Shown here: in pieces, positions 35,138 through 49,773 of the stretch | How the letters are laid out: every line of letters starts with the position of its first letter | How positions within the stretch are numbered: the stretch's first letter is position 1 | Origin: Takakia lepidozioides | Lineage: Eukaryota > Plantae > Bryophyta | Reading direction: 5' to 3' | Length of the DNA: 64,000 nucleotides | Assembly (NCBI GenBank): GCA_030704615.1 | Contig: CM060734.1 | Location: 60,822,001 to 60,886,000, forward strand | Translations under genes and position numbers: made by a program | Notes under the pieces: model-generated | What the model saw: the letters and a program-made list of their open reading frames with translations, nothing else | Told to the model about the DNA's origin: nothing | Databases searched by the model: none

Positions 35138-38100
35138 ATGGCGACATTGCTGACTGGAAAGGTGTTCCATATTGCATAAAAGCTTTTTATAAAGGGCCAT
35201 ATTAGAGTTGGAGCCTGGCAGTACAAGAGGCAGTGTTCTAGGGTTTCTAGCAACCAACATTGCAGCAGTTGCAGAGAAGAGCCTCCTGAAAATTGAGGTA
35301 CTGCCCAACCTTAAGTACCATATTTGCAATCTGCCAAAGGAAGGCACTGCTTTTAGCTGGCAAAGGGAAAAGGGGCTGTTGCGCTGGAGCAGGAGGATTG
35401 AAGTTCTTGGAGGGTGCAGACCAGTGGCAAATTCTAGCTGGTAATGCATCCGCTCTATCCACAGCTAGCATCTGGTTGGAGAAGAGAGAGAGGAAACCAT
35501 TGATAGGTTCAGCAGTGAAAACTGAATGGGAGTATGTTTCAGCAATGAACAAGATGGAGAAATGATGGTTGGTTGTCATGACCCAGTGGTTCACCCCAAA
35601 AATTTCACTGCCTTGACCCAAGATGATTTTTCAGGAATCCGGTATACTCTGGATAATTGTCCCAATCCCTGCTGACAGCCTGTTTGTACCTAGGGCTTGG
35701 GAGAGGGAATCTGGAGAGCTAGACCATAAGTGCTTGATATGGGAGAACCCTCTTGTTTCCCATGCGGCCCAACGCCTGGCTTGTGACTTTTGAAGAGGGG
35801 AAGGGTCTGGTTGGTTAAGGAATAGGTGCTGCCTCATCGTTTCCTGGTAAGTACTTGGCTCTATTTTGATTAAGAAAGGTCTAAAGCACTTCCAGGCTTT
35901 CCAGATAGATTTCTAGAGCTGCGAGCCTTTGGATTTGTGTTTGAATCCCTGAGTTATCCATCTCGTAGATGTTTTCCAGTGGGTGCTTAGGAGAGGAGAG
36001 CTAAAAGCAATAGTGTCTTCTACCAGCAGTTTCCACTAGCCCCCTTCAAGACCTAGGAATCTTGGGAGCCACCTACCCAGAAGAGCTTGGATCTGCATTT
36101 CAGGGTCCGGGACCCCCAGACCTCCTTTCTTCTTGGGGAGACAGATTTGTTTCCAAGATACTTGGGGCCTTTTGTTTTTAGAATAATTTTGGGCTCCCCA
36201 GATGAAGTTTACACAACGCTTGACCTCATTTATAAAAACGGAATTAGGACCCCAAAGGGTAGCATAGAACCAAATCCCTGCCAAGAGAATCTGGTTAGCA
36301 GTGAGGGCCCTGCCCGTGATTGAGAGGAAGTGAGAGCCCCAGTATGCTAACTGCTTTTTTAGTCTAGCAAGGATAGGTCCCATTCTTTGGTCCTCAGAAA
36401 GATCAATACCAAAAATGTGCCCCAATAGGGTTGTGGGCTCTCCTGGCTTTAACCAAACTAGACCAATGTTGTCTCCCCATGTTGGAGTGACTCCAATGGT
36501 AGATTTAGAGTAGTCACCCACAAGGAGCGCTTTTGTTTTGAACCAGTTAACTTTGAACCCCGAGACATCACAGAACTGGTTGAGAGTGTTTTCCGCCGCT
36601 TGAAGGGTGGAAGGTGTGGCATCAAGGAGGAGGAATGTATCATCAACAAACATGGAGTCTTTAACTTGGATCCACATCTGTGACTTGGGATTCCTAACTC
36701 TGAGACCCAACACATCAGTGTTTTTGTCCATAAGGTAGCCAAGAGTGTCCGCCACGAAAAGGAACAGGAATGGTGCCAATGGACATCCTTGTCGCACTGA
36801 CCTATGTAGAGAAAAAGGCTTGGAAAGGTGCCCATTGATGACCACCCTGCTTGTGGAGTGGTTAAGGAGAATGCGAACCCATTGGCAGTAACCTGGTGGG
36901 ATTCCTATTTTTGTGAGGACTGCAAGGAGGAATGTCCGGTCAACCCTGTCAAAGGCCTTCTCGAAGTCCAAAAGCCAAAGAGCTAAAGCCTAGTTGTTAG
37001 CCTTGGCATAGGAGGATGTTTCTTGCGCCATAAGGACATTATCCAAGATGTAGCGGCCCTTGACAAAACCCGCCTGCCCTATTCTGATGAGACCAGGGAG
37101 GAGAGGCTGAATGCGAAGGGCCAGGGTTTTAGCTATGATCTTATATGCCACATTCAATAGGGTTATGGGTCTGTAATTGCCTATAAGAGCTAGACTGTCC
37201 CCTTTCTTGAAAAGAAGGGTTATCACCCCTTGGGACATAAGTTCCGGCATCTGGTCATTGGTCTTGATCCTGTTAGCCATATCACAGAAGTCTGTGGAGA
37301 TAGTAGGCCAGAGTGCTTTGTAGAACTCTACCGGCATGCCATCTATTCCAGGGGCTTTGTTGTTGCTCATTTTTTGAAGGGCTGATTCAAGCTCTTCAGC
37401 AGTGAAATCTCTCTCAAGGAGGGGCCAGATTGATTGGTCCAGTTTACAAGGTAATGCCTGCAAACATGTTTGAAGCCTGGAAGAGTAGTCAGGGTCTTTA
37501 GGATCTTCTTGGAATAGTGAAGCAAAGTGTGAGAACGCAAAACTGCACATCTGCCTAGGATCAGAAGGGGGAATGGAACCCAGGCGATCAGAGACGAGCT
37601 GTTGAATCCTTTGCAGGGATCTATGGAGCTTGAATTTTTTGAAGAAATATTTAGACATCTTCTCCCCTTTAGCAGCCCAGTTTATCCCAGCTTGCATCTG
37701 CATTTTTGTTCTTGGAGGAACTGGAAACTATCAAGGTTTTGGCGAGCTTCGAGGTAGGTATGGAAGGTGTGATCATCACAGGAAGAGCTTTCAATCTTCT
37801 TCTGACAAATGTCGAGGTATTTTTTAAGGGCGATTACTTTCTTTTTTTGCTCAGATGCTATTTTTCTGCTCATTTCCTGACTAGCAATGCTTGCAGCTTG
37901 CAGCTTGCCCTGGAATGCACAGATGGGACAGGGGAAATTGTTTCCACTTTGGAGCCAAGCGGTTCTAGCCCCTGCTTAAAAGAATGGATGAGAAGGTGAG
38001 TGCAGTTAAGCTTGTAGATGCACCTGCCTTTCCTTCTTGCATTGGGCATGGAGAGGCTGGCCGAGATAGAAGCATGATCAAACCCTTGTGCAATAGGCTC

Positions 38101-38816
38101 TTGGGGGATACGGGAGGCTCCATTAGCAAGAGAGAGAGATGTGTGTATGCGGTCTAGTCTTGCCATGGAAAGGTCCTGCAAAGAATGATTGTTGGTCCAT
38201 GTAAAGAAGGGATTGACTCCTCCTTGGGAGGGTTCTCTTTCAATCTCGGACAGACTGTGGGTTTGCAGAAGAGATTGCCAGTGATCTTCTTCATCCGGGT
38301 TAAGGGTTGAAGAGCCCAGACCGAGTCTGTCGCTTGCATTTTCTACCATATTAAAGTCACCAGCCATTACCCATGAGTGAGAGTCAGGAAGAGCAGTTAT
38401 CTTCTAATTGATTAGCTGCCATAGGCTTGAGCATTCCGCAGGGGTGTTAGGAGCGTAGATATTGATTAATCCTAAGGGTTCGGGGTTATTTGGAAGCTTA
38501 AGAGAGCAGAATTGGACATGATCCGGAAGCCAAACCTCATCTGCAACTAAGACTTGCACAAGTGAGGGAGAGAGAAGGATGGCAGTGCCACCAAGCGGGT
38601 CCTTCATGTGAGGGCTTCCAGAGGCCGCCGCGGAAGGCCAAAGCTGGTCAGAGAGACCCGAAATCTTTCTCTGGCAGAATTTGTGTCCTGAAGGAACACA
38701 AAAGCATCTGCCTGCTGGAGGAGGGCCAGCCAGGTTTGAAGCTTTATTTTTTTAAAGATCATGGGGTCCGACCCAATCCCCCTTATGTTCCAGGAATGAA
38801 GACTAATCTGCATCAG
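35138..38816 (-). pseudogene. LINE ORF2 (APE-RT), frameshifted
   Basis: ORFs 38604, 38404, 37870, 36990 and 36036 carry APE and RT motifs. Confidence 0.92.
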
Positions 38817-41252
38817 AGGGGCGAGGCAGGCTGAGAGGGTAAGTCTCAAATGATGGCCTGTTGTGGTGGAATTTGAACCTGGTTCTCTTGTCTGATAGAA
38901 GGGGTGAGGTGACCCATCTATGGTTTTGAGGGGCTTTGAGGACCGGTCGCTTGAGTTGAATGATTAAAACCAGGGTAGAGGGGAAATTAGGACCAGAGAG
39001 AGGGTGGGGGAAGGGTTGAATTCTGGAAGATGAGATCAGGGTTGAGTAGGCATTTTCAGGTCTATCTGAGAGCTCCATAAAGAATTCAGAAAGAAGAATG
39101 AGTTTTAGGGGGATAGGAGTGGAGAATGGAAGAGAACCAGTGCTGAGGGGCATAGAAAAGGTTCCCATATTTGGCGGACATGCAATGGAAGGTAGGATCT
39201 TATAATTAGATCTAGAAGTAGGTTTGAGACAAAGAATTTTGCAAGAGTTGAGCCACTTAGCAGAAGGGTAGAAGATAATGAATGGCAAGGGATTTTGGTG
39301 AAGACTTACATGGTGGTCGAGGGCTTGGACAGAATCTGGGGTGGGCGAGGGCAGAATTGCCGTCGGCTGCAAAATGAAATCCTTGAATCGAATGGATGCA
39401 GCCGCGATGGAAGCTCGCCGTTTGGGGAGAGCTTCCTTCGGCGGGATGTCTGGAGCTGAGTCTGAGGAGGCAAAGAGAGGGGATTCACTTCTGGGGTTGT
39501 AGGACGGTCGAACTGGCTCCTGAGCACGCTGAAGTTCCATCCGATCATTTTCGTCATATATGTCAGTATCCAGTCTTTCATGGAGGAGAGTGAACGCCGA
39601 ATGGATGAAGGCCCTTGCTCTGATTGATTGATTTGTTGGTAGTGGGAGGTTGGTGACGAGGAGGTGGGTTGATCTAGAGACCATCTCCAGTGATGCCTTC
39701 TTGAATCAGCTCGGTTTCCTCAATTAGTGCCAAGATTTGCGTGGAGGGGCTGAGAGTCGAACTGAGACCTGGGAACTGCTCTACATACGCTCCCCAAGTG
39801 ATCATGGTATGTGGCTGGAGAAAGTATTTCGCCGAAAAAGATTGGAGGAAACCTTGAATTTTGTCGGTTAGGGTCATAACAGGGGTGTCTGTTGGGCACC
39901 TGCTCATGAAATTGTGAACATCTGTTGTGGTGATCCAAACAGTCTCCAAGCCTACCCCTTCTGCCGCTGTTGCCAAGAATGATGGAAGGGGTTTCCTTTT
40001 GAAGATAAGGGGGGTAATGCATATGGATTTGGGCTCTGCCACAGGTAGCAACTGTGAAAAGTCCCTCAATGCTAGCGCAGGGAAGGTTTGAAGCTGGGAG
40101 CATATCTTGGCTAACATCGGATTGAGAGCAATCGTTGAGCTGACAATGTGTGTTTCATGAGAGGGGCGGGGATTTTGGACCAGAGAAGTCGATGGACCTG
40201 CCCCTTGGACTGGAGCCTGGACCAGAGAGGTGGATGGACCCGCGCTTGGAGTGGTGCTTGGATTTGCTTGCCCTTGAGTGGGGAGAGGGTGCATCTCGAG
40301 AAGCATGGGGTCCATGTGATCCTTTTTTTTTTTGAGGGGTGGGGAATTGGATTGCTGGAGGCATGATTCCCAGGTTGCTGAAGCAGGTAGATGAGAGGGA
40401 AGAGTAACAACAATTGTAGAGGGATGAAGAGGTAAATTTTGACCTGTGATTTTGATAGCTGCATGGTCCGAGGAGGCTTCCACTTGAGAGCCAGTAGCCC
40501 CCTGGGACTCCAATGAACGGCGGCGCTTTGATTTAGGACAATGAACCCTTTTGTGACCTGTTTGCCCACAAAGATAACATGCTGTAGCAGAAGTGTCTTC
40601 AGTTACCTTGACTGAGAAAAAATTGCCATCTTCATCAATTGGCAGGCGAATAAATTCCGGCAGAATTGTGTCAGCTGGCATTGTAACAACTATCTTAGCA
40701 AAACCAGAGTCATTGAGCTTGGAAGCAATAGTTGAATTTCTCCACGCCGGGTGCTTTTTGAGTTTGTTAGTGCACATCTCCGGGTCAAAGACCGAGATAC
40801 ATCCCAGGTAAACTCCAAAGTGATAATTACCAATATCTGGCAGAAAGTAATGCAAAATTCTTGGCCTCCATACTTTCCCATTTCAATTTCCCATAGCTGA
40901 AGACCAAGGGAAAATATTGACATTGAATCCTTGGAGATAGGGGTTGAAGGAAAGGGCCTTTGTCCGCCGCCTCTTTAGATTCAAGCATGATGGAAAAGAA
41001 TCCCTTCCCTCTAGAATGGCAGAAATGGTGCCTGAGGTCACCTGTTCCCCCTAGATGCCTTATAGCCCAATCACGGGCATCGTTTCTATCCACTTTTCTC
41101 CCCGGGAAATGAAGGAGAACTCCTCTCTCTTCAATATCAGGAAGGAGTCCCTTGAGGTGAGCAATGTCCAGTTTGACCAGCGTGGTGTTTCTACTCATTG
41201 CCAACTGCATCTGGGAAACATCCTCCAAGTGGTCTGCTGGAGGTTCTTCCAT
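38803..41252 (-). pseudogene. LINE ORF1 region (zinc knuckle plus long C-terminal extension), frameshifted
   Basis: Consecutive overlapping ORFs 40827-41252, 39674-40855 and 38803-39684 lie immediately upstream of the APE start. Confidence 0.7.
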
Positions 41253-42130
41253 CTACTAAGGGGTGAGAACCTGGTTCCCTGGGAGGTAGCCACCTTCGAC
41301 CGTAGTCAGTGTGGCGCCCGGAGGGTGGATGGGAACTTGAAGAGGTCAAAACGCCGATGGTTGGAAGATAGGAGGCTCTCTGGTGGCCAAGCTTTGGTTT
41401 CTCGTAAGGGACTGGTGCGCGAGGAAAAACCCTGTGCCTGAAGACGGCTGGGACCTTGGGAATGCAGGAGACCTGCCGACATTGGACGGGTTTCTGTATG
41501 ATGAAGAGCCTCTAAGGGAACGGTTAGAGGTCCCATATTGAAGGGAGCGACGAAAGGATTAGAATTGGAGAAGAGGTAAGTGCTAAAGTGAACACGAGCT
41601 GGAGAAGCGAGCAACTGAAAGAATTGGAGCTGGAGAAGAGAGAGAAGAAGGAAGAGAAATAGTTGGGGAAGGTTCAGGGTTTGCAGGAGAGAGAACTACC
41701 AAAGCTGCTTAGGAAGAAACAATGACAACGACGAGGAGGAGGGAGCAGGCCTTCACAGCTTTGGCCTATAGACCTGGCGAAGTGATAATGGTACTAGAGA
41801 CAAACAATGATGGTACCAGGGAAGCGTGCCAGGGGTAAGGATGAGGCGAAAGGAGGAGGCTAAGCAGCCTGCTGAGCTGAAGCTGAAGTAGGATGCTGGA
41901 GGAATCCGGTAGGTGATTCCTTTGAAGGTTAAACGTGGAGGGTGTCATTTGAACGCAGGAAGAAGCATCACAAGGTGAGGGAAGGAGGCTAATAGCTTGG
42001 AGCTGAGAGTCTCGACAAGCTTCCGAGATGAGGAGGATTAGACCGTTGAACGACAGTCTCACACTCTCGCAAACTACGGAGCTACATCGCTCATAATTTC
42101 ATACACTAAATTATGTATGAATTGAAGTGC

Positions 42131-42460
42131 TTAAAAAAAAAAACATTTAACATAACATGGAACAGTGGCCCTGGAGAATTTTATTATTGAAGGGAAAAAA
42201 ATTAAAACCCTTTGATGCCTGAAGGCTGCCATAAGGCTTGTACACACGGCAACTGAGCCATGACAGATAACCGGATGAACGATGACAATGCTGCTGACAG
42301 CAGCGGACGGACTACGAACTAGTGCCCGAAAGAAGATCCGAGTTAACAAGAATATCAAGGGGATAAGCCCAAATACGCGTAGAGCCTTGAAGAGTCCCTG
42401 AAAGTAACGTTTACGGAACATGCAGCCCACGAGGGTCACCACCACGGGAACAAGAAGTTC
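42131..42460 (-). mobile_element. Short 3' end of a related LINE
   Basis: TTATTATT..GGGAAAAAA..CCC..AAGGCTGCCATAAGGC.TACACAC resembles 23570-23650, the 3' end of the large LINE. Confidence 0.5.
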
Positions 42461-42466
42461 CTAAGG

Positions 42467-42750
42467 GCTCTTCTTCACGTACCCTCACTTTGACACTGCA
42501 GTTGGTGCAGCGAGCTTGTTCGTTTCTGCTTCCTTGTTATAAGCTCCATTTCACGGGTCATGTGATACGATGAGCATTGAGCACATAGAGCATATCATGG
42601 ATGGGTTGGTAATGATTGAATTGCACAATTCAAAGTTCGCACATCCATAATATGTTACCTCGAGTGTAGGTTTGGATGCCAAATCAGCAAATTTGGAGGA
42701 AAACCAGTAGCAGGCTTCGGATCAAGAAGTATGGACGTTTGTCAATACTC
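42467..42750 (-). pseudogene. DUF674 exon-2 fragment
   Basis: Reverse complement matches 54110-54210 and 56050-56195 (DPKPATGFSS..., KEAETN.LAAPTAVSK..GYVKKS). Confidence 0.75.
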
Positions 42751-45236
42751 GACCAGATTCTAGTTTCTTGAGATCCAATATGCTGCGCAAGAACCACACT
42801 CGCAAGAATGTGCGGCAAGGGAACAGCTTTTGTAGTTCGAAACGTAAAAGGCCTGTTGAACCCATCTTCATCTCTGGGAACTCTTCATAAGCGCACGCAA
42901 AGAGCAGAGCCGTGATTAACAGTGCTCTAAGCATTGATAGGCGCCTTTTTTGAGGCTGTATGCCGGATACCGACAGTGGCTGGCTGCTCCGGTGGGCCTG
43001 CCCTGCTGCCCTGTGTAGCCCGCCCTCCTCGCATTGGCCTGTGTGTCTGCGTTGATACCCTTTCGGCGAGGGCGGTTTGAATCATTTAGAATTTCAAGAA
43101 CGTGCTATCAATCAAGAGCATTCAAGGAAACTGCCTACAATGTTAGCAAAACATTTAGAAAGTCCTTTATCAGATGCTTTGACACTAATCAACTGTCATC
43201 TAGCAGTAGTAGACAGTCAAGCTACATGAACATCAAAACCTAGCAGAGACTACCAGGCAAGAACACCTAACGTAAGAATCAAGAAGCATCGAAACGAATC
43301 GACAAAGACACTAAGTAGTAGCAAAGATGAATAGTAAGTCACTAAAGCTAATGAAGTGTTTAACTACAAGCTATACTAAACGTAATGTAGTGTTTAACTA
43401 TAAGCTGTACTGTAAACCTTCAATAAATCAGAATCCTGATCAATTGAGTACCAATCCCAATCAATCAAATGAATCGGGAACCTGATTGCTGATTCACCAA
43501 AAACCCCTTCATTAACTCTTTTGAGATCCATCTCGCTCTCAACTTTCAGGCCAATAAAAAGGGCATTTCGAGCATCCAGATCCCATTTTGATGGCAGGTA
43601 AGGTTTAAGGTTTAAGTTCTCTTGCAAGACCGTAGGGTATGTGTCCTGAAACCAAAACTATGGTTGCGATGGAAATGATCCATGCTTCAAGAAGCTGAGC
43701 AGTGATCAATCTTACAATAGTGCTAGATTTCAGTGCGTATCGGCACCGGCCTTAGAATGAATCATCCTTTCCGGTGATCTATATCTCTAGGGATCTGGCC
43801 TGCTGCAACGAATTCAAGTTTTCTGGTTTATTGTATCTAAGGTAGTGGTATCTTGAAGTGTGCTTTTAAGCAGTGTGCAACTCCTCCGAGGGTGTAGTGT
43901 CACAAAAATTATATGAGCAGAATAGCAAATGAAGCAACAATCATTTGTGCAAAGCACATAATTTTCCAATCACGGATGTATTATATATGAATTATCAAAA
44001 TCAAAGTGCATATTATCCCACTACTGCTCAGTAGGGTCCATCCTATAATGCCATATAATCCTCCTTGATATGTGCTTTAAGTTGCCCTGAGTGCACAAGA
44101 TGTGCACCTACAACTGTCCCAAAAATCAACAAAACTAGGCCATGTGCCGGCCCAAAAGTAACGGTCTCCCAACGCGGGATTGGGCACATCTACTTATGGA
44201 AGGACCCATAACTTTCCTTTGGAGGGATGATGACCTGTGCAAAATCTGACCATATAAAACTCCAAGTAGGATCCTTAAGTATGCCCTGAGTTGACCTACA
44301 ACTCCTCGTATATGGCCATCTGAGAACCCTAAACTAGCCGACCGCGTGGACACAGCTAGAAGACTCCACAACTCCCTCATTTCCCATTCTTCCACCATCC
44401 TTGGCAACGGCAGCATGATAAAAATGTGTGCATTGTAACACTATAAGGTGCACCATGCATCCCATTTGCATTGATGCTTGGCTGCTGTATTAATTGGCCA
44501 TTGTCCCAAAACACTCGCCTCCACTTTCAAAAACAAATTAGGAATTTGAAATAAGAATCAATAGGCTGCTATGTAATTAGCTTCACTAATGCACCATTAA
44601 ATAAGCCCCTTGTAACTCCAAAACACCTCACATCGTACCTAATCCAAAGCAATAATTAACCTTGAATAGCCTCCTTTACAAAAGTGCACAGTACTAGGAT
44701 GAAAAGGGTGACTTCATTCATAAAAAATAGGGGACATAATAAGGTCGCACACACTTCTAGATGCCACTACCTTAGAATGGAGTATGACATTCAGAAAAGT
44801 AGGTGAAGTTTAGTGACACAATTTTATTCTCAATTCGCACAAATTAATATGCTTCAGATGTTACACGGGGTGCAAGTGTAGCACATAGAAATAAAAATGA
44901 ATGTTGATTTGAAGTGTCTAAAGTCCTCTGTTACACATGATTTTTTTTTCACGTATACGCAAAGTGACATGTACACTCTAGAACGAACAGGGCCCACCCA
45001 AACTTGGGGGGCTTATTCAAGCGCTTACGAGATGGTAACTGTAAATAGAAAATGTCAACTGCAAGGTCGCACAGAGTGGGTAAGAATTAGCACCCAGTAC
45101 TTTTGTATCGCCAAGTTACCGCAGAAGATAGACATGTCTCACAGCCCATCTGGACTCTTTCGAGCCCTCAGGTAACTCTTTTCCCCAAACACTTCGTTGA
45201 GAATGCCGCAAGATGTTGACGTTTCTCACAGCTCAC

Positions 45237-46743
45237 TCACAGCTCAAGAGTCAATTTTTCTAGAATGTCCTCAACTTTTTTTTTTCCGAACACTTCGTTG
45301 AGTACGCCAGACCCCGATGTCAGAAAACCTCGCAGCAGCTGCAAGGCCTGTGCGCTCAATCCAGTTTGACAACGAACCACTATATTGTTAATATGGAAGT
45401 GAAGTGGCGCACTGTGATTCCGATCACGGACGTGACTCTCACTTGAGCTTCACTTGAGCTAAGTAACAATTTAGTTATTTGGTGATGGTCCAAATGAGTC
45501 CAAGCGGAAGTCTGATGTATTTACGTATTCACCAACAGATTATGTTGATCACTGTATACTCGACTTCACCAACTCTAAGCTCTTGTTGCCCAAATGAGAC
45601 ATGACACAATCACATGTGAGCTCTGATGGCCAACCCAATTTTAGAGCTCTCTATGCAACCGTCCAGTCACAATTATACTTATGTTCACGGTCAGATCAGA
45701 CATGCAAGGTGCAGGAGGGAAGGAGCTTAGAGTAATATCAACCTCGATATGGCCGACAAACGTCTCAACGCTCTCAATTTGTGCGCACTTGTCCACCTTC
45801 AGCTTATCGAGCAGATCGATAACTTTAGCTGTTGCTGCAGGTGTGATTTTCAGGTCGTCAGTGATCATGTAGGTTGTCTTGTCCTTCACGTATCCAGTCT
45901 CATTTTTCCGATTGCATGCGCTGAGCCAGGGGAAGGCTGCACGATTTCGGTCATTGAACTGTTTGCACAAATCGGACAGTCGTCATCAGGCGACTTCGTC
46001 AGGTAGCTTTCTTTACATCCGTGGCTGGAAGTAGCATATTGGTAGTAGATAGGGTCTGTCTGGTTGTTGTCCACGCCAGTACCTCCTGTTCTCTGTAGAA
46101 GCCTTGACAGAGAGATGCCAACCATTGCTACGTTTGGGTTGAGAAGTTCCCGCTTGTCAACGCACAAATCCGCTTCATCAAGCTTCTTCACGCTCTTAAA
46201 TAGATTAGACAGGGCTCCCATCGACAAGTTGCATTCTCCACCTAAATTGGACACGTCACTGCTCGAGTTAGTTACGACAAAGGCATCGGAAAGATAGATT
46301 TGACGTTACTTGCAACACGCACTTGCGTGTGCGTTACTGATATGTAGGCTGTTCACGAAAAAATCACTCTTTCATGTCCAGAATAATTATGCAGCCTGTG
46401 ACGTTGGAGCAACGTGAAATAAGACATTGTAGTTCTTACCTTCGTGTAGCAATCTGATGAGGGCCCCTGTTGGCAAACTTAGAAAGCTGAGCAGGTCATC
46501 GACGATCTCTTTGCCAGCCTCCATGTACAAGATACGCCCGCTGATTTTATTTCTTATTAGCGTCGCTGGAGCCCCGGTTTTCTGTGGTACGGTTTTCTGT
46601 GGAACTGCACCTGCTATGACAATCGCTTTGGAAGGCCCTTCGTCAATCTCGAACTTTCCGTGAAAACTCGTACCCAGGTCTGAAATTTTCTTACGTGGAT
46701 CAGGCGGTTGAGCATTATGTTTCCTTGACTTCTTATGAACCAT
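45237..46743 (-). CDS. DUF674 family protein (type 1); exons ~46743-46440, 46241-45743, 45347-45237; apparent frameshift at ~45905, so possibly a pseudogene
   Basis: GRILYMEAGKEIVDDLLSFLSLPTGALIRLL, MGALSNLFKSVKKLD, GYVKDKTTYMITDDLKITP and ALQLLRGFLTSGSGVLNEVF, with GT-AG introns. Confidence 0.8.
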
Positions 46744-47996
46744 GATAAAGGATAACGAGACTGGGACTCAGATAATTCCCAAAGGATCAAGACAAGCGAC
46801 TGCTCGGATGGCTGAACGAAGCGAAGCGAAGCGGTCGAGCGCCATAGTTTCACTTTGGCTCCACAGTTCGCTTGTGAAGAAGGGGAATGGTAAATCTGGG
46901 TTTATAGTGGACCAGCACATGATGCCTACTTGCCTTTGCTCCAGTCGGCTGTTTCAGATCAGATGGGCCATCAAAACTCTGATGGCGGCGATGCTGATCC
47001 GGATCTGTACAGTCGGCAAGGAAATTACGAAATAAAGAGCCGTCGATGGCACGGAACCCTAACAGATTATCCAGATATAATATATAGGATCTGATGAACC
47101 AGTTCTCGAAGATTGTATCTTCTACAATATTCGGATCTCGATTGAGCGATCGATTGGATAACGTCGCGGCTCAAGCTCGAAAGTGACACACAAAACACAG
47201 CAGCAGACTAATTATGTGTGACATGCTTGGGTTACTAGTGATGCAAGAGAAAACAAAATATGTACACCCCAAATTAATTCTGCCATTGCGTGAGATCCAA
47301 GTTCCAAACATTTGGGTCCTGCAAATCTCATCCCCAAGACCCGCCACCGCTTGGTCTTCGGCACGCCTTAGAGCCATTGCCAGATTTCACGATCTCGCGA
47401 GAGATAGGTGCTGTTCTCAGGTTGCCATCCGAGCACAAGCTCTTAATTGACAGGGGTCAAGTGCGTCATGGACCAGTAGCCGCCAGCTTACACGATAATG
47501 TAGTTACCAGGAGATTAGGTTTCTCAGCGGAGACTACCTAGGGGCTTGCCGGCAGATCCAGCACGAGGGTAAATCGACGTAAGATCCTGGTGGGGTACAA
47601 GATTAGTTCACGAAGTGGTTTGATCGCATCGCGCACTGCATTCTGTAGACACGAGGGTAAATCCACCTAAAATCCTGGTGGGGTACAAGATCATAATATT
47701 AGTCACGAGAAGTGCTGCAAATTGGAACGGAAACGTCATGCAAGGTGGGCACTTCTGGTTTCTTCTCATACTGTAATACGAAGTGGTTTGATCGCATCGC
47801 GCACTGCATTCTGTCTCTGGTATTTGTTTCATTTGAATTTTCCAGCACTTCACCTGGGGGTGTGACCATGATTTAACGCCTTAAGACAGAAGTAGACTAG
47901 GCTGATTAATCTCTCAAGCCTGTTAAGTTTGAAGTTTCGGGATCCTGCAGCTCTCGCCGTCGAAGAAGTTTCTGCGCCTGTCTCCTGTTATAGCTA

Positions 47997-48735
47997 ATGG
48001 CGACTCATGAGGCGAAAACTGTGAAAGTCACTCTTCTGCGGAGAAGGGTGGGCAAGCAGGTCCTGTACTTGGAAGCACGAAAGGATTTTGTGGACATCCT
48101 CATGAGTTATTTGACATTGCCTATGGGGGCCATAACTAAGATTCTCTCAACAGGTATGATCATGTGCAAACATCTACACCTAAGTCTGGCCATAGATTCC
48201 ATTGTGGAATAATAGTTCACCGGCACTGATAGTGACTATCCTATGAGAATTTCTATATGAAACAGAGCAGAAACTGTGTAATTGCCCCTCGACCTTATAA
48301 GTCCTCCATATGTTTCTTGGTGAAAAACCGAGCAAATTAAATGTGCTCTGACCGCGCCCTTAGGGCCGTATCTTGTAGGTCTAGGTAGTTCAGGCCAGAT
48401 CATTCTAATCTGAACTCGTCATCTCCTACGTCCCGCCTAAAAGTTAAAACTGAGGACTCCAGGAAAAATGTCTAGGATGTCGAGTAATTTAAATCTTGAT
48501 AGCGTGTTGTATCCTGTACAGTGTATATATAGTGAGATTTTTGAGTGTGGTGAATTTGTGGAGTGATTCTTGCATTATGACCCATTTGCAACGAGTTCGT
48601 ACTGTGTCAAACATCTTAGCGCCTATGGCCTATATATTTCCACTCCAATGTTTCCTTGCACTCAGTCAGTGGGCCACTGACCTGTTGAGCTGTGTGAGAT
48701 GAATTAAGTCCATTGTCCTTTGAAGTCCATTGTCA
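47997..48735 (+). pseudogene. DUF674 (type 2) exon 1 plus intron, truncated
   Basis: MATHEAKTVKVTLLRRRVGKQVLYLEARKDFVDILMSYLTLPMGAI; the intron matches 53466-54030. Confidence 0.8.
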
Positions 48736-49773
48736 GAACGCGAAAACACGTGTACCGAGGTCTAATAATGTATTAAACTTGGGTCAAGCGTTTGAGCATA
48801 ATTTAAGCTTCTTGACTTCGTTTCTTGACTTCCTATGAACTGACATAAAGGATAACAAGATTCGGACTGAGATAACTTCCAAAGGAGCGAGATAGGCGAT
48901 TGTACTGATGGCTGAACGAAGCGAAGCACTTGGCTCCACAGTTCACTTGAAGAAAGGAACGGTAAATCTAGTTCATAGTGTACTACCACATGATGCCTAC
49001 TTGCCAGCTCTGCTGCACTCCGCTATAAGAGCCGTCGATGGCACGGAGCCCTAGCAGATTATCCTGAGATATTTATTGTATGGGATTTGATGAGCCAGTA
49101 CTTTCACGAGCATTATGTATTAGATAATGTCAATGTGGAGGAGCATTATCGAGAATAATCCGAGCTACCTGTTGCCAGGATTATTTGAGATGGCTTGGAC
49201 GGATGGACATTATCCTACTTAATATGTCGCTATGGCTATTTGTCATCCAACTTTTGGGTTACTGATGCAAGAGCCGAGGCAAGAGCAAGTAATTTATGCA
49301 TGAATTACATGAATACATTGAAACACTTCTACATGGGGTACCTAGATCAATTCATGATCTTAGGGTTTTTCGACCACAGTTTGATCTAACTAGTGCCGTT
49401 CATCCCGATGGTTTTGGAAGACGTTTGGGCCTCCAAGACGTTTCATCTTCCGGTTCTTGGTACAATATGCAGGAAGCTAGTGTTGTTGATCTTCAACACT
49501 GAATGAGGTAGATACTCTCTTTAGGAGTTTCCCGGTGTTGTAGCCGATAGCTGTTTAGATGTTTAGATCACATATGCAGATATAGATCAAGAATACATTC
49601 GAAATAGCTTGAGGACAATTACAATTACTCGTTATGGCATGACTTCGCCATTATAGATACCTGATGTGCTAAGCAATAAGGTTTTTCAACCCCGAGTTCT
49701 GGCATTGTGTGAGATCCAAGTTCCAAATCGAGTTCCCGGAGGCTGCAATTCTCACCCATGACCCGCCACCGAT

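Larger units (their letters stand above)
23551..42090 (-). mobile_element. Decayed L1/Tx1-type LINE interrupted by the family B element; outer ends approximate
   Basis: ORF1 with CYLCGQTGHKRVHC. APE endonuclease (SWNIRG, INIYAPN, MAGDFN, ARLDRI, DHA). RT (KAPGIDG, NYRPITLLN, DFEKAFDRV, VRQGCPLAP, FVDDT). The C-terminus continues at 24355-23967. Confidence 0.9.

Noticed and set aside
42760-44800. Possible LTR or other TE remnant
   Set aside because: No paired repeat, TSD or coding motif found in the window.
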